Positions 34,706 to 37,526 of a DNA stretch of 37,526 bases are shown here, in pieces. Made by a program: the position numbers and the translations under genes. Source of the stretch: Octopus bimaculoides (taxonomy: Eukaryota); assembly GCF_001194135.2 (NCBI RefSeq), contig NC_068993.1, forward strand, positions 24,118,703-24,156,228, read 5' to 3'. The notes below the pieces were generated by a model. It saw only the letters and a program-made list of their open reading frames with translations. It ran no database searches and was not told the origin of the DNA. Position 1 is the first letter of the stretch; each line of letters starts with the position of its first letter.

Positions 34706-34708
<3 letters not shown>

Positions 34709-35130
34709 TTGGAACAAATTTTGTTTTAGGCATAATATTTAGTTGTCGAGACAGTTATTAACAGAGCTATGGATGTATTTATCAGTAGACTGTTTACACA
34801 TATATTTTCTCAGAAATCAAACTTAAGGATTAATTTGTTTGTACAAATGTACGAATGCTTACAATATCTATATTTAGTACATATAAAATACTGTATTGTT
34901 TATATGCGCATATAATTTTGTTGTAAATATTGTGAATATATATAATTAGCTCTACTATTAACTTTTATCAGTAAACTTAATTTTTCGTTTCGTTTGCTAT
35001 TTGTTCAATATCTTCATCCAATCTCTCATACGTTCCTCTGAAGCAATAAATTCCCATGCTGTTAATAGGTTATTGTATTCCTGGTAACTTCTGCTGATAT
35101 ATATATATATACAGGAGTAAGCACATGAAA

Positions 35131-35170
35131 TGTGCAGAACGGGAACGTGAAACTCAGAGTAACGGTTTTT
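35131..35170 (+). ncRNA. Decayed minimal hammerhead-like motif in a short insert between TA repeats
   Basis: GTGCAGA-acg-ggaa-cgt-GAAAC-tcaga-GTA. Confidence 0.3.
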
Positions 35171-35200
35171 TTGTTATATTTCTGCTGCTTTTAAATAAAG

Positions 35201-35247
<47 letters not shown>

Positions 35248-35480
35248 AGAGATGATTTCTAGTAAAATTATTAACAATCTACAATCCGAACTAAAGAATT
35301 GTATCATGCAAGTGCAATACGAGAACGTATAGTCGTCCTACCAACTAAGTCTGTTACAGGATTAAATTGAAATTTGAACGTTGGGGTTAAGAAAAAATGA
35401 AAGTAATGCTAGTAACTACAATTTCATTAGGATCACTTCTTTCGTTGCATTTATCAACACTACACAATTGTATTAATATT

Positions 35481-35877
35481 GGTTTCAAATTTGGGCACAA
35501 GACACTCGGGTGTAGGGGAGGGGCTAAGTTGATTAAATCGACCCCAGTAGGCAACTGGTACTTACATTATCGAACTCAAAATCTGACGACGGAACAAATG
35601 TTGCTAAGCATTTTGGACGGTGCGCAATTGATTCTACTAGCTCACCGCCTTTACAGCCGTATTAATATTCTTTTCTACTCTATGCACAAGGACTGAAAAT
35701 TTTGAGGGGAGGGGGCTAGTCGATTAGATCGACCTCAGTGCGCAACTGGTACTTAATTTATCGACTCCGAAAGGATGAAAGGCAAAGTCGACGGAATTTG
35801 AACTCAGGACGTCAAAACAGACGAAATACCGCTAAGCATTTCGCTCGGCGGGCTAAAGTTTCTGCCAGCTCACTGCC
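35481..35877 (-). mobile_element. Two tandem SINE family A copies (35481-35650, 35670-35877)
   Basis: Each has caactggtactta and ends ...agctcac.gcct; they are separated by a duplicated target. Confidence 0.85.
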
Positions 35878-36820
35878 TTACAGCCGAATTAATATTACGA
35901 ACAGTAAGTTAATGAAGCGTTATTTAGTCTTAAATACCACATATTCAGAGATATTGTGACTATAATGAATATTCCTAGGAAATATAATTCATTGTCTTGC
36001 TTATGAAGGAATTATTGTTCTACTTTATATCACACTAATTATACTACAATAATTGCCGTGTTTCTCCAATAATGAACTTGAGAGTTCCATATCATAATAA
36101 GTGAACAATATTCATCTAACGCAAAATTAACGGAGGACAAAAATATTTTATTAATGTGACGCAGAAAGTTAAAATCCCTGTAAAGAGTTGAAGTCGTTTT
36201 TTTTTATGACCGATACACGAAAAATGCAACTTTTGCAGCCTATCCCCAGAAATGTGGTCGACATTTTTACGAGATTGACATTATATTCGAGCGTATATGA
36301 TAACCTTAATAAAACATACCAGTGAACGTTCCTTACTCAGAAGTAGAGAACAAACAACACGAGAGATATCGTGATTTTATATTCCAAACGTATTTCTAGT
36401 TGTTCTCTCGCATCTGACAACAATTGATTAATGATACACTATTTATTAGATGGGCGTGAATGTAACTCTTCACCTATTAAGGATTGTGTATGTAAATATA
36501 TGAAATCTCGAGTCCTGAAAGCCTTGAATAACATGTTGGTATTTATTGAAGTATGTATATATATACATTATTTTTATACACTTATATATAGATATGTAAC
36601 TGCACACACACATATATCTATATATATGTACATTAGATATAGCCACGGAGTACTTCGAATTGAATAAGCCATAAACACAATCACATGTTTGGATCGTCAT
36701 ATACAATATTCACGCGGCCAAGTCATTTTCATGCACCGCTCTTGGTACATCTTTCTATCACACCTTGTCCGACATCGAGTGTAAGCATATGACACAGTGA
36801 ATTTAGTTACCTACTCTCCC

Positions 36821-37073
36821 AACAGGAACAATTCCTATCATAGTGTGATAGGTATGATAAAAAAAATATTCAGACAAATACATAATAAAACACCAGGACT
36901 AACAAGTATATATAACATACATAAAGTTGCACTACTGGGCACTGCACACATCCTACGCAAAACACTCTCAATACAGTAACCATAAGAACATCACAGCAAA
37001 CCACAGCACATACCCAAGGCGCACAGAGCTACGCTCGGTAATGAAGTGAAAGCACGCTCTAAAAATAAAACTA

Positions 37074-37076
<3 letters not shown>
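36821..37076 (+). mobile_element. Dong/R4-type LINE 3' fragment D
   Basis: KVALLGTAHILRKTLSIQ* plus a 3'UTR nearly identical to copies B and C. Confidence 0.9.

Positions 37077-37143
<67 letters not shown>
37077..37143. repeat. (TAA)n array between Dong copies D and E
   Basis: Seen directly. Confidence 0.95.
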
Positions 37144-37144
<1 letters not shown>

Positions 37145-37526
37145 AGGGTGAGAGCAATACTGAGAATGTTATCGCAGGGTGAGAGCAATACTGAAGACAG
37201 AGCTGAATGCGAGAAACAGGATCGAAGAGATCAATGCTCTAGCCATACCAGTCGTGACTTACAGTTTCAACATTGTTAACTGGTCAATTACTGAAATATG
37301 TAATGTTGACAGAAAAATACGAAAACTGTTGACAATGCATAGAATGCACCACCCTAAGGCAGATATAGAAGTCTTTATCTGCCAAGAATAGAGGGAGGCC
37401 GAGGACTTCTACAGCTGGCATTATCAATGAAGGTAGCCACAATTAGCCTAGACACCTATCTGAAAAACTCTGAGGACTGGATGCTAAAACTAGTCTTAAA
37501 ATATGAAAGCAAGAAAGCATCTTACT
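37144..37526 (+). mobile_element. Dong/R4-type LINE, 5'-truncated copy E (runs off the window)
   Basis: RVRAILKTELNARN, HRMHHPKADIE, then after a frameshift LYLPRIEGGRGLLQL. Confidence 0.9.

Overview
AT-rich eukaryotic DNA from a draft assembly, with six N gaps, most sitting in microsatellites. The SINE families and repeat landscape look like Octopus (inference from recalled repeat sequences; no database search was run). I find no intact protein-coding gene, tRNA, rRNA or CRISPR array. Most entries in the ORF track are microsatellite, gap or antisense-repeat artefacts. The window is mostly decayed transposable elements: (1) two near-full-length mariner elements plus a third 3' end; (2) five Dong/R4-type (restriction-like endonuclease) LINE pieces stacked in (TAA)n arrays, one of them a head-to-tail internally deleted derivative; (3) several Penelope-like element (PLE) relics, including an RT region preceded by a ~320 bp inverted repeat whose two arms each carry a hammerhead-ribozyme-like fold with a non-canonical core; (4) two further hammerhead-like motifs; (5) an RTE LINE 3' fragment, a LINE ORF1 relic and a Helitron-like 3' end; (6) about 20 tRNA-derived SINE copies, some stacked at a re-used target site. 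Scattered short candidate exons on both strands, including a possible 7-nt microexon, suggest the region may be intronic, but I cannot name a host gene. The best candidates for something undescribed are the variant hammerhead/PLE inverted repeat and the Dong-derived short internally deleted element.
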